Shown: positions 10,400 to 20,590, counted from the stretch's first letter. The stretch is 64,000 nucleotides of DNA from Prevotella sp. UBA2456 (GCA_002342415.1 DDPY01000054.1:26662-90661); one strand, 5' to 3'. The notes: generated from the letters alone by a model not told the origin. Numbers and translations: made by a program.

Positions 10400-11860
10400 T
10401 CACTTACAAGGAGCATCCTCGAGGGTTTTCTTCAGTAGCTCCCAGAAGGGCTCTACGGTTTCGATGAGGGCACGCTCTGAGGTGGTGTGAGGCGACTTCA
10501 TCGTGGGACCGAGGCTGACGACGTCCAAATGCGGATACTTGCCCAGGATGACTGAACACTCCAATCCGGCATGGTCTACTTGGATGATGCCGTCCTTGCC
10601 GAATAGTTCCTTGTATTCCTTCAGCAGCAGGTGCAGAATCTCCGAGTCGGGATTGGGATCCCATCCTCCGTAAGAACCGCTGGTCTCCACCTTCATGCCT
10701 GCCATTGAGAAGCAGCTTTCCAGCATGGTGGCTACGTAGTCTTTCATGTCCTCGCGGCTGGAACGGGCCAGAATCTTGATGGCGGCATGTCCGCCTTCGA
10801 TATTGATGATGGCAAGATTCGACGAGGTTTCTACCACGCTGGGGTAGGCAGGAATATAGCGGATAACGCCATCGTGGCAGGCGAAGATGGCATCAATCAG
10901 GTTGTCCTGAATCTCTACGGGCACTTCCTTGGCGGGTGTGGTTACTTCCTCTACAAGGACTTCGATGCCCTGTGGCTCAATTAGCTTAAACTCGTCGTTG
11001 AAGGTCTCTTTCCACTCTTCGGCCATTTCCTTCAGAGCGGCAATGTTCTCTTTGGGCAGCGTTAGCACGGCCTCGGCCTTGAAGGGAATGGCGTTGCGCA
11101 TATTGCCACCGTTCCATGATGCCAAACGGGCTTCCGTCTCGCTGATAGCCTCACGGACAATCTGCACCAGCAGTTTGTTGGCATTGCCGCGGCCCTCGTT
11201 GATTTCCAGACCGCTGTGTCCGCCGCGCAGGTTCTTCACCGTTACACGTATGGCAGCATCCTCGGCATCGGTGTCTGCCTCCTGATAGTCCAGTGTTGCA
11301 GTTACGTCAATACCACCGGCACTACCGATGACAAACTTACCCCAATGCTCAGAGTCGAGGTTCAGCAGGATGTCGCCCTGCAACTCGCCCTCTGGCAGCT
11401 CGTTGGCACCAAACATTCCCGTCTCCTCGTCGCGGGTGATGAGGGCATCGATGGGACCGTGTTTCAGCGTCTTGTCCTCCATCACCGACATGATGGCGGC
11501 CACGCCCAGGCCGTTGTCAGCACCCAGCGTAGTGCCCTTGGCCTTTACCCACTCGCCGTCAATCCATGGCTCTATGGGGTCTGTCTCGAAGTGATGGGTT
11601 GACTCTGGTGTCTTCTGAGGCACCATGTCCATGTGAGCCTGCAGGATGATACCCTTGCGGTTCTCCATACCCGGTGTGGCAGGTTTGCGCATCACGATAT
11701 TGCCGGCGGGGTCCTTGAAGGCCTCTACGTCAGCCTGCTTGCCGAAGTCGAGTAGGAACTGCTGAATTTTCTCGAGATGTCCGCTCGGACGCGGAACTTG
11801 TGTGAGTGCATAGAAGTTTTTCCAGATGCACTTGGGGGTTAGGTTTAGAATTTCGTTCAT
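10400..11860 (-). CDS. pepD: Aminoacyl-histidine dipeptidase (M20C)
   Basis: LQAHMDMV, TTLGADNG, DEETGM, GGHSG, HAGLEC. Confidence 0.93.
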   Translation of the reverse strand: MNEILNLTPKCIWKNFYALTQVPRPSGHLEKIQQFLLDFGKQADVEAFKDPAGNIVMRKPATPGMENRKGIILQAHMDMVPQKTPESTHHFETDPIEPWIDGEWVKAKGTTLGADNGLGVAAIMSVMEDKTLKHGPIDALITRDEETGMFGANELPEGELQGDILLNLDSEHWGKFVIGSAGGIDVTATLDYQEADTDAEDAAIRVTVKNLRGGHSGLEINEGRGNANKLLVQIVREAISETEARLASWNGGNMRNAIPFKAEAVLTLPKENIAALKEMAEEWKETFNDEFKLIEPQGIEVLVEEVTTPAKEVPVEIQDNLIDAIFACHDGVIRYIPAYPSVVETSSNLAIINIEGGHAAIKILARSSREDMKDYVATMLESCFSMAGMKVETSGSYGGWDPNPDSEILHLLLKEYKELFGKDGIIQVDHAGLECSVILGKYPHLDVVSLGPTMKSPHTTSERALIETVEPFWELLKKTLEDAPCK

Positions 11861-11871
11861 TGTATCATTAT

Positions 11872-12858
11872 TTAAGGGTTAGTTCTTATTTTAGTGAAGC
11901 TCAGTGCCAGCCAGGCGTAGATGCCTAATAGAACGACGAGCATGGTCTGGACGGTATGCACGATGAGTACAAAGTAGAGAGCCTGCTCGTCGGCTACACC
12001 ATAGAGGATGAGCATGGTCTTGACGGCAAAATGCCAGGGACCGGCACCGTTGGGAGTAGGTACGATGACGGCAATGGAACCAACGATAAAGGTCACCAGC
12101 GCGCAGCCCAGCCCTAAGTGTGCGGTAAAGTCGAAGCAGAAGAATGTCAGGTAATAGTGCAGGAAATAGCTCCCCCAGATGGCCAGCGTGTAGACGACGA
12201 ACAGGGGGATGTTGCGCACTCCCTTCAGCGAGACGACACCTTGCCAGATGCCTCTCAGTGTCGCGCGTACCTTATTATATATAGACAGCTTGCGAAGCAG
12301 GAAGTGCAGCAGGATGAGGATGGCGGCTGCACAGATGGCTACTACCAGATAACCTGTCCACGAGAATCGGTGGAGAATGCCCTCCAAGCTGGTGCCGGTC
12401 TTCTGGAAGAAAGTGCCGAAGGTGCTCATCTCCAGCAGCAGCACCGTCATGGTGATGCCCATCACGAGCAGGGAGTCGATGGCACGCTCGGTGACCACGG
12501 TGCCCAGCGCTTTGGGAAACGAGATGTTATCGTAGCGCTTCAGCACCCCGCAACGGGTGAACTCACCCACACGCGGAATCAGCAGCGAGGTGGCATAGCT
12601 CAGGAAGATGCTGTGTACGCTGACCGAGCTGCGCGGATGCTCGCCCAGTGGCTCCAGTGTCTGCATCCACCGCCATCCGCGAAACGCCTGTGCCAGGATG
12701 CCAAAAGGAAACGACAGCAGCATCCATGTCCAGTCCATCTCCACCGTAGCCACATGGACAATAGTCTGCCAGTCTTCGCCGCGATACATCCAATAGAGGA
12801 TGCCTGCTCCAAGGAATAGGGGCATCAGTACCTTCAGTATGAAATTGCTTATCTTCAT
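11872..12858 (-). CDS. Lysylphosphatidylglycerol synthase TM-domain (flippase-like) membrane protein
   Basis: RGWRW, IPRVGE, GTVVTERAID, VPTPNGAGPWH; many TM helices; start moved to ATG 12858. Confidence 0.85.
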   Translation of the reverse strand: MKISNFILKVLMPLFLGAGILYWMYRGEDWQTIVHVATVEMDWTWMLLSFPFGILAQAFRGWRWMQTLEPLGEHPRSSVSVHSIFLSYATSLLIPRVGEFTRCGVLKRYDNISFPKALGTVVTERAIDSLLVMGITMTVLLLEMSTFGTFFQKTGTSLEGILHRFSWTGYLVVAICAAAILILLHFLLRKLSIYNKVRATLRGIWQGVVSLKGVRNIPLFVVYTLAIWGSYFLHYYLTFFCFDFTAHLGLGCALVTFIVGSIAVIVPTPNGAGPWHFAVKTMLILYGVADEQALYFVLIVHTVQTMLVVLLGIYAWLALSFTKIRTNP

Positions 12859-12924
12859 AATGCGTCCACAAAGGTACAAAATAATTCATAATTCTTTCTG
12901 CTTTATCCTTATTTTTTTGCATCT

Positions 12925-13037
12925 TTGATACAAATCAACGATTGTCGGGAATGGTTGACTGAGGTCAAAGAATGGGCCTTTTTCCGTCGAAAGTGGTCGT
13001 TCGGTGCTTGCCATGTCGCAAATAGTTCGTACCTTTG
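12925..13037 (+). promoter_or_regulatory. Promoter with two CRP/FNR-type palindromes
   Basis: TTGATACAAATCAA (12925-12938), TTGACTGAGGTCAA (12955-12968), -7 element TACCTTTG (13030-13037). Confidence 0.6.
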
Positions 13038-13120
13038 CATCGTCAAAAGGGAACAAAGAGATGTTCCGACAGACAAAAAAGATTATATAGGATAACAAAA
13101 GATTGAGAAAGGAAAAAGTT

Positions 13121-13213
13121 ATGATGTTAACAATGTTTTCGCTGGTCGTCATGGCCGCTGCAGCCCTTGAGGCTATGTACATTTGCAAGCACGCAAACGT
13201 ACTTTTAAAGTAA
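13121..13213 (+). CDS. Putative 30-aa hydrophobic small protein MMLTMFSLVVMAAAALEAMYICKHANVLLK
   Basis: Own promoter upstream, A-rich initiation context, terminator hairpin 13241-13271 downstream. Confidence 0.5.
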   Translation: MMLTMFSLVVMAAAALEAMYICKHANVLLK

Positions 13214-13307
13214 AAAGAGTTTTCTTAGTAAAATATCCAGAGCCGCAGACCCCGAGTCTGCGGTTTTTTTGTTATCTTTGCACCATGAATCCGAAATACG
13301 TGAGCCC

Positions 13308-14171
13308 ATGAAGCAAGTAAGACCCAAGAAGAATCTCGGACAGCATTTCCTGACCGACCTGTCCATAGCCCGTCGTATTGCCGACACGGTAGATGCCTGC
13401 CCGGAACTGCCCGTCCTGGAGGTGGGGCCCGGCATGGGTGTGATGACACAGTATCTGGTGGAGAAGCCCCGTCCGCTGAAGGTGGTAGAGATCGACCGCG
13501 AGTCGGTGGCCTACCTCAACGAGCATTTCCCCCGTCTGCGTGAGAATATCTTAGGCGAGGACTTCCTGCGCATGGATTTGTCCAAGGTGTTCGATGGCCG
13601 GCAGTTTGTGTTGACGGGCAACTATCCCTATGATATCTCCTCGCAGATATTCTTCAAGATGATCGACAATCGCGAGCTGATACCCTGCTGTACGGGAATG
13701 ATACAGCATGAGGTGGCCCTGCGCATGGCTTCCAAGCCGGGTAGTAAAGCCTACGGCATCCTTTCCGTGTTGATTCAGGCTTGGTATGATGTCGAATATC
13801 TGTTTATGGTCGACGAGACGGTGTTCAATCCGCCTCCTAAGGTGAAGAGTGCCGTCATCCGTATGACGCGCAATGCCACACAGCACTTAGGATGCGACGA
13901 ACAGCTGTTCAAGCGCGTGGTGAAGACGGTGTTCAACCAGCGTCGCAAGATGCTGCGCGTCTCGCTGAAGCAACTGCTATCCGACACTCAACTCTCAACT
14001 CTCTCCTCTCAACTGTCAACTGTCAACTCTCAACTGTCAACTCTCAACTGTCAACTCTCAACTGTCAACTCTCAACTCTCCCTGACCCTCCGTCCTGAGC
14101 AGCTCTCTATCCCCCAGTTTGTAGCGTTGACAAATGGAGTGGAAAAAGTGCTGTGTTCGACCACAAATTAG
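13308..14171 (+). CDS. rsmA: 16S rRNA dimethyladenosine transferase (with in-frame heptamer array)
   Basis: PKKNLGQHFL, LEVGPGMG, GNYPYDISS, FNPPPKVKSAV, FNQRRKML. Confidence 0.96.
   Translation: MKQVRPKKNLGQHFLTDLSIARRIADTVDACPELPVLEVGPGMGVMTQYLVEKPRPLKVVEIDRESVAYLNEHFPRLRENILGEDFLRMDLSKVFDGRQFVLTGNYPYDISSQIFFKMIDNRELIPCCTGMIQHEVALRMASKPGSKAYGILSVLIQAWYDVEYLFMVDETVFNPPPKVKSAVIRMTRNATQHLGCDEQLFKRVVKTVFNQRRKMLRVSLKQLLSDTQLSTLSSQLSTVNSQLSTLNCQLSTVNSQLSLTLRPEQLSIPQFVALTNGVEKVLCSTTN
13987..14077 (+). repeat. 13 x 7-bp (C/G)TCAACT tandem array inside rsmA
   Basis: Directly visible; translated as LSTLSSQLSTVNSQLSTLNCQLSTVNSQL. Confidence 0.95.
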
Positions 14172-14191
14172 GTGTGTTCGCGCACAATCGG

Positions 14192-14274
14192 TTGATTTAC
14201 GTCAAGAATAGGCCCCTTTTTTCATCAAAGAAGGGGCTTTTTGCTACAACATTCCGAAAATCATCGTACCTTTG
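14192..14274 (+). promoter_or_regulatory. Promoter with CRP/FNR-type palindrome
   Basis: TTGATTTACGTCAA (14192-14205) 75 bp before TACCTTTG (14267-14274), same spacing as at 12955/13030. Confidence 0.6.
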
Positions 14275-14280
14275 CATCGT

Positions 14281-14437
14281 CTTCAAGAGAGAAAGTTAGT
14301 ATATAAGGTAAAAGTTTTCAGGAAAAGCACAGACGTCGTGAGACGTTCTTTTTCATAAGAATAGGTTTTTAGTTATTGATAGTTGGAGATACAGCCCACG
14401 GGTGGGAAACCCGAGTGCTGTATCTCTTACTTTATTT
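14281..14437 (+). ncRNA. Candidate small non-coding RNA
   Basis: Promoter upstream, no credible ORF, internal hairpin (gaaaag...acgtcgtgagacgt...ctttttc), terminal hairpin gagatacagc...gctgtatctc plus U-rich tail. Confidence 0.5.
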
Positions 14438-14459
14438 CCCACAATCTCCCAAGATTCAC

Positions 14460-15884
14460 TTACTTCAGCTTCTTCATCCAGCCTCCATGGAAGAGGCGGA
14501 CGAGGAAGATGAGTCCGCGGAAGGTGAGTTCGATGGCCATAGCGGTCCATACACCAGGCAGTCCGTAAGCAGTAGCCAGCAGGGCAGCCAGTGTCAGACG
14601 GACACCCCACATGCTGAACAGACTCATGATGGCTGGCTTCAGCGTGTCGCCGGCACCCACGAAGATGCCGTTGCAGACGATGGCTGCTGCAAACATGGGT
14701 TCTGCATAGGCTTCGATGCGCAGACACTCCGTACCCATGCGGATGATGTCGTCGACAGGTGTCAGCACCGACATCAGCTCTGGAGCGAATACCCACATCA
14801 GTACTCCCATCAGGGTCATCACGCCAATGCCTAATGCTGTCGACATGCGGGCAAATGATTGTGTGAGCAGACGCTTGCCGGCTCCGAAACTCTGGCCTAC
14901 CAGCGTGGTAGCTGCCTCGGCAATGCCGTAGCCGGGCATGTAGCAGAGGCTCTCGACGGTGATACCTAATGAGTGGGCGGCAATCGCAATGGTGCCCAAA
15001 GGGGCCACGATGAGCGTGCTCACCACCTGTGCTCCACCCATGAGCATGTGCTGCACACCCATAGGTGCTCCAATCTTTACGGCCATATTCACCACGTCTC
15101 TCTTAGGACGGAAGTTTTGCCAGCTATTCTCCCTTCTCTCTCCTCCTTCCTCACTCCTCTTTCCATTCTCCTCTCTCCTCTTAAATATCCCCAGTATGTC
15201 CGAGCGATAGAGCAGGAAGTAGAGCATCAGTGTTGCTGTGACGAGCATGGCCATACCTGTTCCGATGGCGGCTCCCGCCACTCCAAGCTTCAGGATATAG
15301 ATAAACAGGTAGTTGAAAGCCACGTCCATGATGCACATCAGGATGTTGAGTGCGGACGGAATCTTCATATTGCCCGAGCATTTCAGCATCGAGCCTGCCA
15401 GACCCTCCATCTGAAAGAAGATGCCACAGCCGGCAAAGATGGCAAAGTAGAGGGTGGCATCATGGGCAATCTCTGCCGAGCCTCCCAGCCAGTAGGGTAG
15501 GAAAGGGCTGATGAGCAAGGCAATGAGCGAGATGGAGACGGCCCATATCATGCAGCATACCATCGACTGTCGGAGTACGCGGCGGGCACGCTCGAAGTCG
15601 TTGGCACCGATGGAGTGGGCCACCTGTACGGAGAATCCCATGTTAGCCGCCGAGGCCAGTCCGCCCAGCAGCCATCCTGTGGTTTCCACCAGTCCGATGG
15701 CTGCCGAGGCTCGCGCACCTAAGTGTCCAACCATCGAGGCATCGATGAAGAACATGATGGTGGCAGATATCTGTGCCAATATGGACGGAATACTCAGGCT
15801 GATGATCAGCCTGAGTTTCTCGCCTTGTGTCATCTCACGCCCCTCGCGGATGTAAGACAGGAGGTCGGTGCTTGCTTTTTTCAA
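14460..15884 (-). CDS. MATE family efflux transporter
   Basis: ~12 TM, IDASMVGHLG, GVAGAAIGT, LVGQSFGAG; in-frame purine-rich insertion in the central loop. Confidence 0.92.
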   Translation of the reverse strand: MKKASTDLLSYIREGREMTQGEKLRLIISLSIPSILAQISATIMFFIDASMVGHLGARASAAIGLVETTGWLLGGLASAANMGFSVQVAHSIGANDFERARRVLRQSMVCCMIWAVSISLIALLISPFLPYWLGGSAEIAHDATLYFAIFAGCGIFFQMEGLAGSMLKCSGNMKIPSALNILMCIMDVAFNYLFIYILKLGVAGAAIGTGMAMLVTATLMLYFLLYRSDILGIFKRREENGKRSEEGGERRENSWQNFRPKRDVVNMAVKIGAPMGVQHMLMGGAQVVSTLIVAPLGTIAIAAHSLGITVESLCYMPGYGIAEAATTLVGQSFGAGKRLLTQSFARMSTALGIGVMTLMGVLMWVFAPELMSVLTPVDDIIRMGTECLRIEAYAEPMFAAAIVCNGIFVGAGDTLKPAIMSLFSMWGVRLTLAALLATAYGLPGVWTAMAIELTFRGLIFLVRLFHGGWMKKLK

Positions 15885-15898
15885 ATCTTTTTTCTTGG

Positions 15899-15948
15899 GA
15901 TTTCGATATGTCGATATGTCGAGATTTCGATGTGTCGAGATGTCGATG
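15899..15948. repeat. Six degenerate 8-mer repeats (GATGTCGA-like)
   Basis: gatttcgatatgtcgatatgtcgagatttcgatgtgtcgagatgtcgatg. Confidence 0.8.
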
Positions 15949-15951
15949 TTT

Positions 15952-18165
15952 CTATTCTGCCTCTAACAGGAGCACGCGGCTTGCCCAGTCGGTCTTCTTC
16001 GACCATTCGGGCTCGTTGCGGTAAGGTACATCCAGACCGTGGTTCATCAGGTAGGCTCCGCTGAACGACTTGCCCTCGCAGTCGAGTGGCTGCAGGTCGA
16101 TGCGGTTCAGCTCGTGTACCTTATACATACGGTTGGGGTTGAGGCCAGCCATCTTCACACGGGGCAGGTGCTCGTTCTGGAACGACTCCGTCTTCCACCA
16201 GTACCATACGGCCTTGCTCTGCTCGTCGTTGACATACATCAGCGATGCCAGCCCCTTCTTGTCGTAGGGCGATACCAGACGGTAGAGGTTGCCAAACTGC
16301 ACGATGGGACGAATCTGCTTATACTCGGCAATGGCCTTGCGGCAGAGTTCCTTCTCGTCGTCGCTCATGTTCTTGGGCTGTATCTCCATGCCTAAGCGTC
16401 CCGACATAGCCACATCGATACGATATTTCATGGCCGTGGTGCGGAACACAGTGTGGTTGGGTGTAGCCGAGATGTGCGAGGCCATAGCAATGGCGGGGAA
16501 GAAGTAGCTGGTGCCCCACTGCATGTAGATGCGCTGCAAGGCGTCGGTATTGTCGCTGACCCAGAACTCATCGAACCAAGGCAGCACGCCCCAGTTGGCA
16601 CGGCCGCCGCCCGAAGCACAGGCCTGAATGGTGACATCGGGATATTTCCCGCGGATGCGCTCGCATACCTTGGCGAAGCCGCGGTGATAGTCGATGTAGA
16701 GGTGGCTCTGGTCGTTCATGGTCAGATATTGCGAACCGTGGTTCATGATGGCCATGTTGGCATCCCATTTGATATAGTCGATCTCAGGATATTTGGACAG
16801 GAGGTTGTCCACTACGCTGAAGACAAAGTCCTGCACCTTGGGATTGCTCAGGTCGAGCACCACCTGCGTTCCTCCGCGTCCTAAGACGGCATCGCGCTTG
16901 GGTGCCTTCACTATCCAGTCGGGATGGGCCTCATAGAGTTCGGAGGTGGTGTTGGCCATCTCGGGCTCTATCCAGATGCCGAACTTCACCCCGTTCTTCC
17001 TGGCATCGCGCAGTAGTCCCTCAATGCCCTCGGGCAACTTGTTGCGGTCTACCACCCAGTCGCCCAGGCTGGAGTTGTCGGTCTTGCGCGGATATTTGTC
17101 ACCAAACCAGCCGTCGTCCATCACAAACAGCTCGCCGCCCATCGAGGCAATGTCCTTCATCATCTGGTCCATGCCCTGCTGGTTGATGTCGAAATAGACA
17201 CCCTCCCACGAGTTGAGCAGAATCTTGCGCTCTCGGTCACCGTGCATCAGCTTATATTTGCGGCCCCACTTGTGGAAGTTGCGCGATACGCCCGATAGTC
17301 CCTGTTGCGAGTAGCTCAGGGCGAGGGCAGGGGTCTGGAAGGTCTCGCCGCGCTTCAGGTGGTACTCCGAGTTGTCTTCGTTGATGCCTGCGAAGAAGTA
17401 GTGGTAGTCGGTATCGTCGGTGACCACCTTCAGGCGGTAGTTGCCCGAATAGCAGATGGCAGCACCGATGACGGCTCCCGTGTTCTCCTGTCCCTTGCCG
17501 TCGAGCGAGAACATCACCTCGCCGTGGTCGGTATGCGAGTTGCGTGTGCCGTCCTTGTTGACAATCACCTTCTGGCCGGGAGTCAGCGGCTCCTCCACCA
17601 GCTGGGCCTCGTTGGCCCACGAGCCGTAGAAATGGCTCAGCCACACGTTGCCCCTGCGGATGGGCAGCATGGCCGAGGCAAAGGTGGTCAGATTGACGGT
17701 GCCTTTCTCGTTGTTGGTAATCTCGGTCCATGCTTCGATGATGTCCTCCTTCACGTAGGCCTTGTAGTTGAGGGTCACGGTGATGGGATAGACGGGGTCC
17801 CGCATCGTGATGCTGGTCACGAAGTTGCCTTCGTCCACTACCTCGCCATGCTCTACATATTCGGCTACGAGGGCGGTCGACAGGTTTCCGTCGCTATGGC
17901 GCATGGCCAGTGCTGCCTCGGCAGGGGTGTTGAGTCCGTAGGCAGGATAAGCCTCCATGCGTCCGAATACGGCAGGCTTCTGCAGATGCTGCAGCTCCTG
18001 TGCGCTCAGCTTTGCACCATAGTAAACATACTTGGGCTGCTGCCCTTTCTCTACCTCCAGCACCAGACTGGTGTTCTGTGTCTCAACAACCACTTGCTCA
18101 GCCCGTACGCCCTGAGCTGTCAGACAGAGCATGGCTGCCATGCAAATCTTCACTAATCTTCTCAT
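15952..18165 (-). CDS. Alpha-galactosidase, GH36
   Basis: LLNSWEGVYF, FVMDDGWFG, FGIWIEPEM, YIKWDAN, CASGGGR, WVSDNTD; signal peptide. Confidence 0.95.
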   Translation of the reverse strand: MRRLVKICMAAMLCLTAQGVRAEQVVVETQNTSLVLEVEKGQQPKYVYYGAKLSAQELQHLQKPAVFGRMEAYPAYGLNTPAEAALAMRHSDGNLSTALVAEYVEHGEVVDEGNFVTSITMRDPVYPITVTLNYKAYVKEDIIEAWTEITNNEKGTVNLTTFASAMLPIRRGNVWLSHFYGSWANEAQLVEEPLTPGQKVIVNKDGTRNSHTDHGEVMFSLDGKGQENTGAVIGAAICYSGNYRLKVVTDDTDYHYFFAGINEDNSEYHLKRGETFQTPALALSYSQQGLSGVSRNFHKWGRKYKLMHGDRERKILLNSWEGVYFDINQQGMDQMMKDIASMGGELFVMDDGWFGDKYPRKTDNSSLGDWVVDRNKLPEGIEGLLRDARKNGVKFGIWIEPEMANTTSELYEAHPDWIVKAPKRDAVLGRGGTQVVLDLSNPKVQDFVFSVVDNLLSKYPEIDYIKWDANMAIMNHGSQYLTMNDQSHLYIDYHRGFAKVCERIRGKYPDVTIQACASGGGRANWGVLPWFDEFWVSDNTDALQRIYMQWGTSYFFPAIAMASHISATPNHTVFRTTAMKYRIDVAMSGRLGMEIQPKNMSDDEKELCRKAIAEYKQIRPIVQFGNLYRLVSPYDKKGLASLMYVNDEQSKAVWYWWKTESFQNEHLPRVKMAGLNPNRMYKVHELNRIDLQPLDCEGKSFSGAYLMNHGLDVPYRNEPEWSKKTDWASRVLLLEAE

Positions 18166-18272
18166 ACGTCTTGCTTCTCAGTTTTGATTATTTATTGGTA
18201 ATACTTGTGCAAAGGTACGTTTTTTTTTGTACATTCAAACATTTTTTGTAATTTTGTGCCGATAAAAACTAA

Positions 18273-18722
18273 ATGACGATGGAAAAAGACGAGAAATACC
18301 GACTGCTGACCGCTCAGGTGAAGGCCCTTGTCGAGGGCGAGGACGACGAGATATCCCTCATGGCCAATATCAGTGCTGCCATTCACGAGACGATGGGCTT
18401 CTTCTGGACAGGTTTCTATATTGTCAAGGGCAACGAGCTGCGGCTCGGTCCGTTTCAGGGACCTGTGGCCTGTATGCATATCCCCTTCGGGCGGGGAGTC
18501 TGCGGCAGCGCCTGGCAGCGGGCCGAGACTATTGTCGTGCCCGATGTGGAACAGTTTCCCGGCCATATAGCCTGTAGCAGTCTTTCGCGCTCAGAGATTG
18601 TCGTGCCCGTGTTCGACCGTCAGCACGAGGTCAAGGCCGTGCTCGACATCGACAGCACCGAGCTCTCTACCTTCGACGAGACAGACCGCCGCTGGCTTGA
18701 GCAGATAGTAGCCTGTCTGTAG
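18273..18722 (+). CDS. GAF-domain protein (free methionine-R-sulfoxide reductase family)
   Basis: WTGFY, LGPFQGPVAC, GRGVCG, FPGHIAC, SEIVVP, LDIDS. Confidence 0.9.
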   Translation: MTMEKDEKYRLLTAQVKALVEGEDDEISLMANISAAIHETMGFFWTGFYIVKGNELRLGPFQGPVACMHIPFGRGVCGSAWQRAETIVVPDVEQFPGHIACSSLSRSEIVVPVFDRQHEVKAVLDIDSTELSTFDETDRRWLEQIVACL

Positions 18723-18753
18723 TTGAAATGCCATTTCTTGGCAAAGTTGTTTC

Positions 18754-19389
18754 CTACAGGTCGGCATTCAGCAGGGCTGTCAGCATGCCTGTCCAGTCTT
18801 CATTGTTCTGCGGACAGAGCGTGTGGATGCCCAGTCGGGAGGCTGCCTCGACATTCCTCTTGCCGTCGTCGACGAAGAGTGTCTGGTCAGGACGGGCCTG
18901 CTGCCCCTCCAGCATCATGCGGAAGATACGCTCGTCGGGCTTCATCACTCCACACTCATAGCTCAGATAGAGGCGGTCGAAGTAGCTGTCTATCGGATGC
19001 CCCAGCCCGTCGAACTCGGTGCTTCGGGCCCACTGCATCATATAGGGATTGGTATTCGACAGCAGGCACAGTTGATAGCCTTGCTGGCGGAGCGTCTGCA
19101 GCATGTCGAGATTGCGGCGGGGTACGCTTCCCACGTATCCGTGCCACGCTTCGTAGCATTCACGGCTGCTGAGCTCGCGGCCTGTCAGCTGGCTCAGGGC
19201 TATGCGGAATTGCTCGGCAGTGATGCTGCCTTCTTCCAGCTGGCCGAAGATGCCTTGCTGCTGGTATACGTCCAGATGCTGGCGTGCATTGCGCAAGCCG
19301 ATGCGCTCGAATTGTCTGACGGCTCCTTCGTAATCGAGTGCCAGTACTACGCCTCCCAAGTCGAAGGCTATGTTCTTAATCTTTTTCAT
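18754..19389 (-). CDS. HAD family phosphatase
   Basis: FDLGGV, LSNTN, MKPD..IF, FVDD. Confidence 0.9.
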   Translation of the reverse strand: MKKIKNIAFDLGGVVLALDYEGAVRQFERIGLRNARQHLDVYQQQGIFGQLEEGSITAEQFRIALSQLTGRELSSRECYEAWHGYVGSVPRRNLDMLQTLRQQGYQLCLLSNTNPYMMQWARSTEFDGLGHPIDSYFDRLYLSYECGVMKPDERIFRMMLEGQQARPDQTLFVDDGKRNVEAASRLGIHTLCPQNNEDWTGMLTALLNADL

Positions 19390-19439
19390 GCTATGATGCT
19401 ATATTTCGTTTGCAAAGTTACAAAATCTTTGTGACATGA

Positions 19440-20519
19440 TCAGCCTGTAGGGTAGTTAAAATTGCTCAATTGTGGTAGTCGTTGGCACGTCAGGCTGACG
19501 TTCCGCAGGGCTGTCTCCTTGCGCATGGCCTCCTCGATAGGGAGACCCGCCGGGTTAATGCATTCCACTTGGGCGAAACCTGCTTTTTGCAATTGGTCTT
19601 TGTCGCTGATTCGTCCGGCTATCAGCACGGTTGGGATTCCTTGTGCTTGTGATAAAATGCCCATCGGCAATTTGCCCATCAGTGTCTGACGGTCGGCCGA
19701 GCCCTCGCCTGTGATGAGAAGGCTGGCATTCCTGACAAGTTCAGGGAAGTGGATGGTGTCGAGTAATAGCTGTATGCCAGACTTGCTTACAGCATTCAGA
19801 TATTCAAGGAAGGCATAGCCGAGCCCGCCGGCAGCGCCGGCTCCCTCCATCATGGAGCAGTCATGACCAAAATGCTTGGCAGAGATGGCTGCAAACTTTC
19901 TGGCCCGCTCGTCTAGAATGGTCACCATTTCAGGAGTCGCCCCTTTCTGTGGAGCAAATACGTGGGCAGCACCATGCTCGCCGCACAACGGATTTCTGAC
20001 ATCGGAGGCCAGGGTGAAGCGTACCTCTTTCAGGGCATCGATGTCGTCCCACGTGCCATGTTTGGCAAATGCGTCGATGAGTGCCCGAAGCATTCCTATG
20101 CCTGCATCGCTGGTTGCACTGCCGCCCAGTCCCACGATGATATGCCTTGCTCCTCGGCGGACGGCATCTGCCACCAGTTGTCCCGTTCCGTAACTGGTTG
20201 CCACCAGCGGGTTTCGCTCTTCTTTTGTCAGCAGGGGCAGCCCGCTTGCCTGGGCTATTTCTATCACTGCCGTCTCGCCCTGCAACAGATATTTAGCGGT
20301 GACGGGACGCATCAGCGGGTCGCGCACCGTCACAGATACTGACTCGCCCCCTATGGCAGCATGGAAAGCCTCTAAGAAACCCTCGCCGCCATCGCTGACA
20401 GGCACTTGCACAATCTCGGCCTCAGGGCATGCCCTACGCACTCCCTCCGCAGCTGCCATATTGGCTTCCACAGAGGTAAGGCATCCCTTAAATGAATCGA
20501 TAGCAACTACAACTTTCAT
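19440..20519 (-). CDS. Glycerate kinase
   Basis: DSFKG, SDGGEG, TSYGTGQL, GLGGSAT, FAPQKGA, GAGAAGGLG, TGEG. Confidence 0.93.
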   Translation of the reverse strand: MKVVVAIDSFKGCLTSVEANMAAAEGVRRACPEAEIVQVPVSDGGEGFLEAFHAAIGGESVSVTVRDPLMRPVTAKYLLQGETAVIEIAQASGLPLLTKEERNPLVATSYGTGQLVADAVRRGARHIIVGLGGSATSDAGIGMLRALIDAFAKHGTWDDIDALKEVRFTLASDVRNPLCGEHGAAHVFAPQKGATPEMVTILDERARKFAAISAKHFGHDCSMMEGAGAAGGLGYAFLEYLNAVSKSGIQLLLDTIHFPELVRNASLLITGEGSADRQTLMGKLPMGILSQAQGIPTVLIAGRISDKDQLQKAGFAQVECINPAGLPIEEAMRKETALRNVSLTCQRLPQLSNFNYPTG

Positions 20520-20590
20520 CACTTCAGCTTGCTTGTGAGTTGCAAAGATAAGAAAAAGTGTGCAATCCGCAAAAGATGGCACACCTTATT

